The notes beneath the pieces are model-generated. The model worked only from the letters and a program-made list of their open reading frames with translations, made no database searches and was not told the DNA's origin. Position numbers and translations under genes: made by a program. From Styela clava (lineage: Eukaryota), in contig NC_135261.1 in the NCBI RefSeq assembly GCF_964204865.1, positions 12,648,001-12,712,000 of the forward strand: a stretch of 64,000 nucleotides of DNA. Direction: 5' to 3'. This document shows, piece after piece, positions 42,631 through 54,517 of this stretch (position 1 is its first letter; every line of letters begins with the position of its first letter).

Positions 42631-42860
42631 ACGAGAAGGCGATCAGAGACCGCTGACTTATCGATCTTCCGCATGTTCAGTTAGGAGATCCCAAAAACGC
42701 TCTGACTCAATAGCGACACCTCGTGTCTCATCACTAATTAATTGATAACTCGCTGATTATACGACATAAATCATACAAAAACACCGGGCTTCTGGTCCGA
42801 GTTATGATGAATGCACATGTAAATCTATCAACATACTCATCGATCGAGATCGATGAGTAA
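42631..42860. mobile_element. ~230-bp insertion ending in a perfect hairpin (Helitron/Helentron-like non-autonomous element)
   Basis: Absent from the paralogous site at ~20885. It ends in TACTCATCGATC-GA-GATCGATGAGTA (42834-42859), and ATCGATC also occurs near its 5' end. Confidence 0.55.
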
Positions 42861-43677
42861 AAATACGTCGTTACTAACGTTTTGTCCGGTCTCGTTGTAA
42901 TTTCCATAAGAAGGAAGTAACGACTCCCTGGCCTTACCTCACTTCCAGCTTAAAACTATTCGCCATTCGAATATTTGGTATTCATTGTACAATTTCGAAT
43001 TGTTCGATTCGATAAAAATATTCGAACCTCCTCAGTAGTAAATTTTGCTAATTTCGCTCAAGTTTTAACATTTTATAAAAATTTAAACCCCTGCTTTGGA
43101 CAATATGCCATTATTTTGTAGTATACAAGGCAAATACCTAGGACACTCATGGGAGCACCGAGCTAAAGGTGACTGCAATATTTCGCACGCAAGGACGAAT
43201 CAGGGGTCCGTACAAGTGAAGTGTTTTTGCGGGGAAGAGGTGGAAAGACACGGACACGCTTCTTGAGCTGTAACACTGCTATAGCCAGAACATGTATATC
43301 TATGATGGTGTGCATTCACGCACATTTTCTATCACTTCTTAACAGACAACGCATTATAGACGGCACATAACTAAGCCCATGCGAGAAAAGCCCAAAAATC
43401 TCTTTCATAACTTCTACACCATTGATGAGAAGAAAATCAAAAAATATTTCATTTAGCATTATGCTTTGTATAATTTATTTCATTCAGCTTTGTAAGTTGA
43501 CTTTAAAGTCACTATTTAAAATTGAAAACATTTTATCACACTGAGAGTTCCCAATTTGAACCATTCATCAGTTCTTCCTTTCATTCTCTGAAAAACATAA
43601 GCATAAGTTGTGATTATTTGAAGATTCAACGAATTTGAAAATAAAAAATCGTTATTTAAATTTCAACTTACGTTGCT

Positions 43678-46600
43678 TCACATATCACGAGCTTTGGATC
43701 TGAGTTTGTTGAGAGCAGATTCTGCCATGTCAGCCCTTTCTTCAGCATCATCCAATTCGTGTTGCAGTTTACGATATTTCGATAAGTTTTGGTTGGCTTG
43801 TTCCTCAGCTTCTTCAGCTTGTCTCTTGTATGTTTTGACCTTGATTTGAAGTTTGTCAACAAGATCTTGGATGCGGGTCAGATTCTTTTTGTCTTCTTCT
43901 GCCTGGTATGTCACTTCCTTCAACTTGCGTTCGTATTTACGTTGGTTCTTCACAGATTCACCATTGCGACGTTGTTCGGCGTCAAGTTCATTTTCAAGTT
44001 CGCGTACCTAAAAAGACCAAGAGTTCAATTAATTATATAGCATCAAATATAACTACAACCTATAGTAGTACCAAATATATATAAGTAACAATATACGCAC
44101 CCTAGTTTCAAGTTTTTGAACTTGTTTCTTTCCTCCTTTGAGTGCAACTTGTTCGGCTTCGTCGAGTCTTTGCTGAAGATCTTTCACTGTTTGTTCCATG
44201 TTCTTCTTCATTCTTTCCAAGTGAGATGAAAGATCTTGTTCCTTCTTAAGTTCTTCAGACATAGTAGCAGCCTGAAATGATGTTCAAGTGAAAATTTTAA
44301 ATCAGCAAATAAATGATGAGGATGGATCAGAAATATATTTTCACGAACTTACATCAGTGATTGCTTTCTTTGCCTTTTCTTCTGCATTTCTTTGTTCTTG
44401 AACAGATTCTTCAACTTCTCCCTGCATGTTTTGCAGTTCACCTTCCAATTTACGTTTCTGGTTAATAAGTGCGGTGTTTTGCGTATGAAGCAGATTGGAT
44501 CGTTCGCTGCTTTCGAGGAGTTCAGTTTCTGCAAGTTTGCGACCACGTTCTGCTTGTTCAAGTGCTGATCTCAACTCATCGATTTCAGCCTTGAGTAAGT
44601 TTTCTCTACGATCGATGACGGCGAATTGTTCTTGCAGATCTTCAGAGTGACGTTGAGCTTCATCAACTTGCAATTCCAAATCCTAAACACCAATGAAGTT
44701 TAATAAAAGTGGGAATACTAAGTATGAAAAAATGTCAATTTCCGAATATGTACTTACCTTAACATGAGCTTGCGCAGCTTTAACTGCTTTCTGGGAATCA
44801 GTAGCTTGTCGAGTAGAATGTCCAAGTTGAATTTCAAGATCGTTGAGATCTCCTTCCATCTTCTTCTTCATACGAACTGCTTCTTGTCTTGCTTTACTCT
44901 CAGAATCAAGAGTAGTTTGCATTGATTCAAGTGATCTCTGTTGGTTACGCCTGTAATATAGGTATGAATTAACATGATTGCTTTACTTATTATTTTTGTT
45001 TTATTTGAAGAATGGTCAAGAACGCTAACCTTTGACTATCAATTTCTTCTTCTTTTTCGCTTAGTCTTCTTTCAAAATCTTGTTTTATCTGAGCCAATTC
45101 TACTTGGAGACGAAGTACTTTTGATTCTTCACCTTCGATTGCACCTTCTGCTTCTTCGAGAGCAGCCTGTTCAACAAAAATAATAATCAATATTTTCCCC
45201 ATAATTTAAATTGGTCAATATAGTTTTTTACATGGTAGGCGGTATACCTGAATTTCGTTGCGTTCGTGTTCAAGAGTTCTCTTTGCCTTTTCAAGTTCGT
45301 GAATGCTTTTTCCTCCTTCTCCTAGTTGATCAGTAAGATCAGCAATTTCTTCCTGAAGATTCTTGTTTTCTCTCTTGACAGTTTCTAGAGCATCAAGAGA
45401 TTCCTCATAAGCATTCTTCATCTTGAATAATTCAGTTGATAAACCACGGGCTTCCTTTTGTGCTTGTTCTAAATCAACTTGCAATTCTTCTTCTTTTTGT
45501 TTATGCTCAGCAAGAATCTAAATACAAAATCAACAATCGTAATGCACTATTCGTGGTATAAATGAGACCAGTGTTTTTTTTTTATTAGGACTTGTCTTAG
45601 TATCTACCTTATCAAAGTTTCTTTGTTTCTTATCCAAAGCTGCTGCAGCCGAGTTTGATCTTTCAAGATCAATTGTGAGATCTTCCAATTCTCCTTGGAG
45701 ACGATTCTTAGTTTTTTCAAGACTTGCACACTTTGCTTGTGTTGCCTCAACTTGCTCTTCAGCTTCTTGTAAACGAGTCGCCAACTTCTTTCTGGAAAGG
45801 TTTAACATAATATTTACCCATATTTATACAAGAAAAATTGTCTTTGTGTCTATCCATGGTGATTACTTACTTCGCCTCTTCCAATTCTTCAGTTCTCTGA
45901 ATAGCGTCGGTTTCATATTTGTTTCGCCATTGTGCAACTTCGGCGTTTGCTTTTGATAAAGCTCGTTGAAGTTCAGCCTTTGCTTCTTGTTCTTCTTCAT
46001 ATTGTTCACGAAGAAGGTCGTTGTCGTGCCTTGAGGCTTGTACAGAATGTGCAAGAGCAGCTTTTGCTTTGGCTTCTTCTTCAACAACACGCTTGAGTTC
46101 TTCAATTTGTTGTGATGAACTGTTCTTGGTTCTTGTAAGTTGAGCCATCAAATGCTCACGCTCTTCGAGTTGTCGTGAAAGTTCGCCTGTTCATAAAAAA
46201 ACATTAAGATAAGCAAAATTTATTGCACTCATGAAAGCAATTCAATTGCCGAACCAATGAGTCGTAAAACCCAATTACTACACAATATGTTCGATTTAAA
46301 AAACATGACGATACAGCATTTCAGTACGTTTTGATGGTTGTCTATAAACCTACCATTTTCAGAAGCAAATCTAGCTTTAGCAGCGTTCAGCTCATTTACT
46401 TCCTTCGTCAAGTTGTCGCATTTTGCCTTGGATTCACCAAATTGTTCTTCCAGATTGCGAGCCATTTTCTCGTAGTTGAGCTGTAAACAACATATGAAAC
46501 ATGAATTACAGTTATTTTCGGTCTATAAATAGATTGTAGGTTGTACTCAAGTTAGACTCACTTTAGCCTTTGTAACACTTTCAACGTTGGCAGCAAGATC

Positions 46601-49600
46601 ATCAATTTCCATTTTCATTTCGCTCTTTTCTTTTTCCAATTTCTGTTTGACTCTTTGTAAGTTATCGACCTGTTCGCTCATTTCAGAACTTGAATCAGCA
46701 TGTTTCTTACGTAATGTTGAAACTGTTGCTTCGTGAGAAAGGTTAGATTCTTCGAACTCGCGGCGAAGTTTGGAGAATTCTGCCTCGCGACGCTTGTTAA
46801 GCTCAACCTGGAAAATTAATATTATCATTAGTTCAAGTTTGTATTGGTACTCTTCTTAAATTCAGCCAATAATACCACTTACCTGAGCAGCAGTGGCACC
46901 ACCTGCTTCTTCAAGTCGTTCACTTAGTTCTTCTAACTCTCTTGAAAGATCAGCTCTTTGCTTCTCAACTTTTGCTCTTGCTGCACGTTCAGCTTCAAGT
47001 TCTTCTTCAAGTTCCTCAATACGAGCTTGCAGTTCTTTAATTTTCTTTTGAAGTTGCATAACAAGAGCTTGTTCATCTTCAAGTTTGGTAGCAAGTTGAC
47101 TGTATTCAAATTCTTGCTTCTTCAATTTCTCTTCCAGTCTCTGCTTATCATTTTCAAGATCCATGACTGTTTCTTGAGTAAGTCTCAAATCTCCTTCCAA
47201 CTTTCTCTTAGTTCGCTCAAGATCCATTCGGAGTTTCTTTTCTTGCTCGAGAGATGCTTCAAGCTGAAAGCAAAATGTAATTAGCATCATACAATGTAAT
47301 AAAATATGTATTTATACATATATAACATAAGAAGTGTTAGTATGTTATGCTCACGTCATCAACTTGTTGTTCAAGTTTTGCTTTTTGCTTGGTAAGACTG
47401 TTGACTTTGTCTTCTTCTCCCTGCAAATCATCCAATGTTTGTTGATGTGCTTCTTGAAAAGCTTTCTTTTCTTTTTGAAGTTTAGCGATCTGTTCATCTT
47501 GTGAGGCTAGTTCTTCTTGTAAATTTTTCAACTGCAAATAAGAAACATTACAAAAAAATAAATCAACCGAGTTAATTTTGTATTAAGGCAACTAGGACAG
47601 AACTAGGATGATATTTTGCACATACCTTATTTTCAGTAGCGTGTTTTTCTTTTTCTACTTTAGCAAGAGTGATTTCAAGATCATCAATATCTTTCTTTAA
47701 TTCGGAGCATTCATCTTCTAGCTTACGTTTCTTAGAAACCAATTCATTGTTCAATTCTTCTTCGTCTTCTAATCTTTCTTGTGTTTCCTTGATTTTTCCG
47801 TCCAATTCAACTTTGGTTCTAATAAGTTGATCGCAACGATCTTCAGCATCGTCTATTCTATCTTGTTCCTGTCAGGTAAAGTTAAAACGTGAATTGGATA
47901 ATTCCGAATGTATTGCACGCATCACCACATTTATACTCACAGACTGCAGCTGCAAAACCAAATCGTTCTTTTCTTGGATGAGAGAAACTTGAGATTCTTC
48001 AAGTTCCTTTCGTCTCTTGGATTCTTTTTCCAAGTTGGTCTTGAGTTCTTCATTCTCAGCTTCCAATTGTTCAAGTTCTTTTGCGGCTTCAGCAGTTTGG
48101 AGGAGGGGCTTGATCTTGAACATAAGTTTCATCCATTCCCAGTCACGAACACCAAAGAAAGCGCGAAGATTGGATTGAAGAACGCGGACTGCCACTCTGA
48201 AATACGTTTTATTGAATGAATTATGAAAAGGATAAATTTAGTTGCTGACCGAACTACGAGATAAATAATTGACTACTAAGAACAGAAAGAATATCAAGTT
48301 TGCAGACATAAATACAATTAGAATTAAAGGTCTTTCAAACCGTGATTCGTTAAATGTACCAAAATGCAAGAAATCACATAACATATATTGTACCGATTTT
48401 TGTATTTGTGTTCATTTAAATAAGATGACCCATTTATAAACTAATTTCAGAATGTGATTAAGCTTGAATCGATGAATGTTTCTATTTACCTTCTTTCGAT
48501 AAGTTTGTTGTATTCAATTCTCATCAATTTACCGCGCATACGAGCTTGAATAAGTTTGAAAATTGATGACAATTTGTTATCACGAAGTTCTTCCAAAACA
48601 CCCAACATACCAGCACGGAAGAAAACCTATGAAAATTTTAAGATGTTGTAAAAACTTTCAAAATACGAAATGACAACGTATTGCAACAATTTTCAACTTA
48701 TTTTACCTTAGTGTGCCCGAGCTTGTATTTTTCGTGATCAATGCCTTCAAGAGATGTAAGAATCTTTTCGGAAGCTTTCTTGCTGTCCAGGAATTGACCA
48801 TCAGGAACGGCATTTGGGTTAAGAATACGATATCTTTGTTTGAAATCTCCATAAGGAAGTCTGTTGGGGAAACCTTTGCGGCAAATACGAATACCTTCCA
48901 ACACACCATTACAACGAAGTTGATGTAAAACAACATGAGGATCCATAACTCCTGGAGTTTTTGTTTCATTGGGAACGATACAACGGACGAAATGTGGAGC
49001 AGTTGATCTGGAAAATACATCACGATAGTTCAAATATTGACCAGTCAAAGTGATATTGTATAAGTGAATAATCCATATTTTATAGTATATACCTCAGGTT
49101 AGTCATGAGTTTGTTCAAGCTCTCTCTGTGCATGGAAGATACAGTGTTGAAAGAACCTCCCTTCTTTCTCTTTCCTCCAGATTTTGCAGCTGCAGCTGCT
49201 TCCTCTGGGCTCAAATAACCTTCCCAGATAGTTTGCATAAGTTTCAATGAGGACTTTTTGTACAATTCTACAACGCTATTGTTCAATGGTTCCTTGTTTT
49301 TCTCGAGCCAATCGGTGATGCTGTATCCAACCTTGATTAAATATAAAATGTAAATATTAAATCTTTGTAACCAGAGAGGAAATCGAAACAACTCGAATAC
49401 TTACAGTTCCAGCGTAATGGTGGAGCTCAAAGTGAGATTCGAATTTTGTCTTCTTGATTGGCTTACCAAACGCCTTAGTTCTGCCTAAATGATTTTGGTA
49501 CAGTTTGTCCATAAAAGATTTATCTGTAGCTTTCGGGAACATGCATTCTTCTTCAAGAATAGACATGATTCCAAGAGGCTGTAAAAATGTATAAGTATTA

Positions 49601-52275
49601 TTACATTGAACTGTGGTATATAAATACATTTTATTTGAATTAAATATAGTTGAATACTTACTTTTTCGATAAGTTCGATGCAAGCAGCCAAGTCCATACC
49701 GAAATCAATGAAAACCCAATCAATTCCCTCCTTCTTGTATTCTTCTTGTTCAAGAACGAACATGTGATGGTTGAAAAATTGTTGCAATTTTTCATTGGTG
49801 AAGTTAATGCAAAGTTGTTCAAAGCTGTTGAACTGGAAAATTAATGTTCGAATATTAGTATGCCAAGTTGCACTTTGTAGGCTGCTATTAGGAAAATTTG
49901 AAAACTTACGTCAAAAATTTCAAAACCAGCAATATCGAGTACACCAATGAAGTAACTTCTTGGCAGTTTAGTGCTGAGACTGTTGTTGATGATTTTGACC
50001 AACCAGTTGAAATGTTTTTCAAAAACACCTTTACTCAATCCGCCAATACCATAGGTAACTTGTGGGACAGTTTGTCCCTTTGTTACGTACTCGTTTCCAA
50101 CTTTTACGCGTGGATGACACAAGTACTTGAGAAAATCAGCAGAGTTCATACCGAACAAATATGCAACTTTATCGGCATCTGAATACGATGAATGACGTTA
50201 AGTACACTTAATCACCAAATCGAAACTTTGTTCAACAAAAAAAATAATTTATATTGACCCTCAGTGCCATCAGGTTCAGCTTGTTCTTCACGTTGCTTGT
50301 TTTTGAACTTCATGTTTTGTTGGTGCATAATACCAGCCATTATGCGATAAATTCCACTAATTTCTTCTGGTGTAAACCCAAGAACTTTGAATGCATCCTA
50401 TAACAAGTAATAATCTCTATATTTCTGCAATTTAATGATAAATGTTTACTATCAATATTGAATATTTAACTAAAATTCCTTACATCAGTTAAAAGCAATT
50501 CTTCTCCGTCATCTAAGTTGTTGACAGAAACAACTCCCTGACTAATGGATTTGTAGTCGTAAGGATCCTTTGTCAATAGGAGTTGGTCTAAAAATAAGAT
50601 AAATGCCTTAATATTTATGTATAACTCATAATATTTAGTTTTATATATATATATGTATTTGGTTGAAGAAAAATATTATAAATATAGTCCATATTACATA
50701 GATTAGATATATTCAACATACCGATAAGTTCTGGTTTTGATCCAGAGATTAGCTGATAAAAGATATGGTAGTTTCTTTCTCCGCCTTGTTGCCAAATTAC
50801 ACGAGATTTTTCGAGAAGATCTGAAAAAAAAATTAGTTTGTATTGTCACGGATGTTTCATTTGTGAAAGTCGTTGTTTCTACCATTTTCCTTGTACTTAC
50901 AATGCTCAATATCTCCTGATGCAAGACTGCCGGTGCTTCCGAAGTGAATACGGATGAATTTACCCTAAATTGAAAAACGAAATTTTTGTTATAAATCATT
51001 TCATTGATGTCGTCTGTTTAAAAATGTATGTCAACTTACGAAACGAGATGAGTTGTCGTTTCTGACAGTTTTAGCGTTTCCGAAAGCTTCCATAGCAGGG
51101 TTACACTGGACAATTTGATCTTCCAAAGTTCCCTGAAAAAAGCAACAATTACATCTATGTAAAAACGCAAGTATAAGTTTGTGAGCAATATTTGCTCAGT
51201 ATATATATATATTTACCTTATCATCATTTCCAGCTGCATTTCCATCAGCAGCCACCAAAGCAAAATACTGAATAACTTTCTTTGTGTTCACAGTTTTTCC
51301 GGCTCCGGATTCTCCACTAAGAAAAAATAAATAAATATTATATCCTTTGTCAGTGCAAGCGCGTGAGTTTCATGTTGAAATCAAAAAATACTCACGTAAT
51401 CAACATAGACTGATTTTCACGATCTGAAATGAAAAAAAAAACATTGTATATATATCAAAAATTGATTCTTCAAAAATTGTGATTGTCTAACTTAATACAT
51501 TCTACATACTCATCAACATCTCAGTGTATGCATTGTCAGCAATAGAATACAAGTGAGGGGGCATCTCAGTTCGTCTCTTTCCCTTGTAAGCGTTGATGAC
51601 GTATGGGGCGTAGGCAGGCAACATCTTGTACGGGTTCACGGTGACACAGAACAGGCCTGAGTATGTCTAGATATTGCAATAGAACACAATTACACGATTA
51701 GTTATATACTGAAATACAAAACAAACATGCTGTGTAAGGACAATGTCGTAGATGCTCACGTAAATCATGAAAGCTTCGTATCTTTCTTTGAGATTGTTGA
51801 GTACGCTGGCTTCGTTTAAGTGGGTCATGTTCACCATGTCTTCGCATTTTTTGTATCGGGGTGGATTCATCAGTTGAAGATCATCTTCTTTTACAGTTAC
51901 TTCCTAAAGTTGTAAAAAAGATATATATTAGGTAATAATGACTATGAATAACAGACCTAGTTAGCTTTTCTTCAAAAATCTGTAGTTACCTTTCCGTCAT
52001 CACATGTCTTCAATTTTGCCTTTCCTCCGTCGATAGAAATCACTTCTCCCCTCAAATAACATTTTTCCTTGTCTGGTACCCATGCGTATTTCTTTCCTAT
52101 ATTTAAAATATTTATTAAGTTTGGTTTCAGTGATACTTTAATAATGCATAGGCCTACACTTATTTCAAAACACCTTACCGTCAGGCTTCTGAGTTTGTAA
52201 AACAAGCATTTCCTCTTGAGACATACGCAGATATTGAGCTGCATCTTGGAAGATGGAGAGATCAAGTGTTGCCAT
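43678..52275 (-). CDS. Mhc: Muscle myosin heavy chain, copy 4; complete, multi-exon
   Basis: ATG at 52275-52273. Exon ORFs are nearly identical to copy 3. TGA at 43680-43678. Confidence 0.97.
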
Positions 52276-52528
52276 TTTCAACAATGTTTGTTAAAGTTAC
52301 TTTATGAAAAGCTTCAGATTCCTAAAATAAAGTATATTATCATCAATGTTGAGTATTTAAAATCTCGAATCCGAAATCGTGTTTTTGTTGTCGTTATCAA
52401 TGATTCAAACTTTAAATCAAATCTTCACTGTTGGCTAAGAAGTTCATTACCTGGTTAAAGATATGCAACATATACTTACCGATACACAGAGCAAAGGAAA
52501 CTGTTATACAAAATACTTCCAGCGGAGG

Positions 52529-52579
52529 CTTTATAGTCCCTTTTCGCTGTGAAGTACAAAGGTGTGAATGTATCAGCTG
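52529..52579 (-). promoter_or_regulatory. Core promoter of MHC copy 4: E-box, T-box site and TATA
   Basis: CAGCTG at 52574-52579, AGGTGTGAA at 52560-52568 and minus-strand TATAAA at ~52534-52529. Collinear with the copy 3 promoter. Confidence 0.7.
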
Positions 52580-54172
52580 CCGTCTCACGATGCAGCATAC
52601 CGCTTCCAGTGGCCGCCCGTTCTTCTTCGCGAAGCATTAGCATCCTGCTTCAACTTCAAGAGATAATTTTACCATTCGTTTGCGCGCATGACTATTTATC
52701 GATTATCTTCGGGTCCTGTTTTGAAAGTGGGTATTTTCGAATACACGGAAACCTCGTTGATATTCACATAATTATATCGATGCCTACTTCTGTTAGACCG
52801 AAGTCATTAAAGTGTAAGCTCTATATTTCAAATTAACCAGCATTATGATTTTGCCTGTGTGGGTTCAGGCTTCACGTCCCTATTTCGCTACACAAACATC
52901 ATCACCAACATATTATTACAACACAATCACATTTTGATTTGGTCTATCTCTTGTGGACCGACCAAGTGCTTCGGTTAACTTTTCATGGTTTTGTGGTGCA
53001 GGCTACACATTGTGACTATCAATATCCGCAAAAAAAGGTTTGAGTCAGAAACATACTCCAAGGTAATATATGTTTATCGCTACAAATGTCGACGTGGCTT
53101 ATATTTTCGTGCAATTCCATCTAAATTTCATTCCGACAAAGCGCTACTCTGGTTGATTGGAAATCATAAATTGTTGTTAGATAGGCGAACTGTAGCTTCA
53201 TATATTTACAACATTAACTTTAGCCAAACTCTAAATTTTTTAATTGAAAAAATGACTACGGATTACTGCTAGGATGTGGATACCTGGTAACGATTATTGA
53301 ATTGCAGCATCTGTATGAGGATACACCCAAGAAATATTACTGAGTCAGGAATATGCGCTTCGGTGGCGATCGCTTATATTTCGATGATTATGGCCTTCAT
53401 AGTTTTGTGTGGTAATTTGTGTATGATTACGCCTGGTATCCTTAATATTGTCTGTTTTCGGCCAAGGTTGAATAAAAGCTATACTGACTTTCAGATGTTG
53501 GAACCACTGATTACCAGCCATAGTTAAAATATTGAACCGTTCAGATCTCTTCAATCTTTTACAAACATTACTCCACAGATACGAATGAGTAGGTTAAAAG
53601 TTTGAAGGGGAATTAGGCATTTATTACTAGTCTTGGAATGTCCGTGCGGATGAAAACGTTCAAACATTATTCGGGGCATGTAGTCAACCCCTTCTTTCTA
53701 CAGTACCTCACCGACTGCATTCATTAGAACAAATGGGCAATAATTCGTTTTCGCAATTATATATATATTGTTTTCTACTGATGTATTTGTCAATTGTGCG
53801 ATTTAATTTTCAAAAATTTAATTACCAACCCTGTGCAATACTTTTGAATTCCTCTTAATTTGAAATCGTGTTTTAAACATTGCTAATCCAAATGTACTCT
53901 CTTCTTCGTTGTTATATTTATTTTGTTATTTTATGAATATAGTTAGAGCGATCCGGGTCTTCGAAATGTGGATCTATATTGAATAAAATGCAAGTAACAA
54001 ACTCGTGAGTGGTGATTGGTATTAGTTACTCCAATTAGAGATAATAATTCAATTGTGCGATAAAACGTTGTCGAGTAGCCGCAGCGGCAATATGATGATT
54101 GTAATGGAAAGTGCGAATCGAAGCTACAGATAACGTACGAACAATAATGTCATCACCATTTCTCTGCAACGG

Positions 54173-54222
54173 CAGCTGATACATTCGCACTTTCGTATTT
54201 CAGATCGAAAAAGTACTATAAA
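54173..54222 (+). promoter_or_regulatory. Core promoter of MHC copy 5: E-box, T-box-like site and TATA; 5'UTR intron 54272-54470
   Basis: CAGCTG at 54173-54178, followed by ATACATTCGCACTT, then TATAAA at 54217-54222. The module matches the reverse complement of the copy 3 and 4 promoters. Confidence 0.7.
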
Positions 54223-54517
54223 GTCTTCACTGACAGAATTTCAAATATCAGTTTATTTACCTTGTGTATCGGTAAGTACTGCATACTATTCAGGATTTTA
54301 CAATTGCTATAGATAGGCAGTTGAGACGGTATGATTTTGTATTTTGAACCTCTGAAAACGAGAACAAAATACGATTTCGGTTTCAAAGTTTCAATTTACA
54401 AAGCATCAACATGAGCATTGATGATAATACTCATCATTGATCAACATTGATGATAATATATTTGTTTTAGGAATCTGAAGCTTCTCATAAAGTAATTTAA
54501 ACAAACATTGTTGAAAT

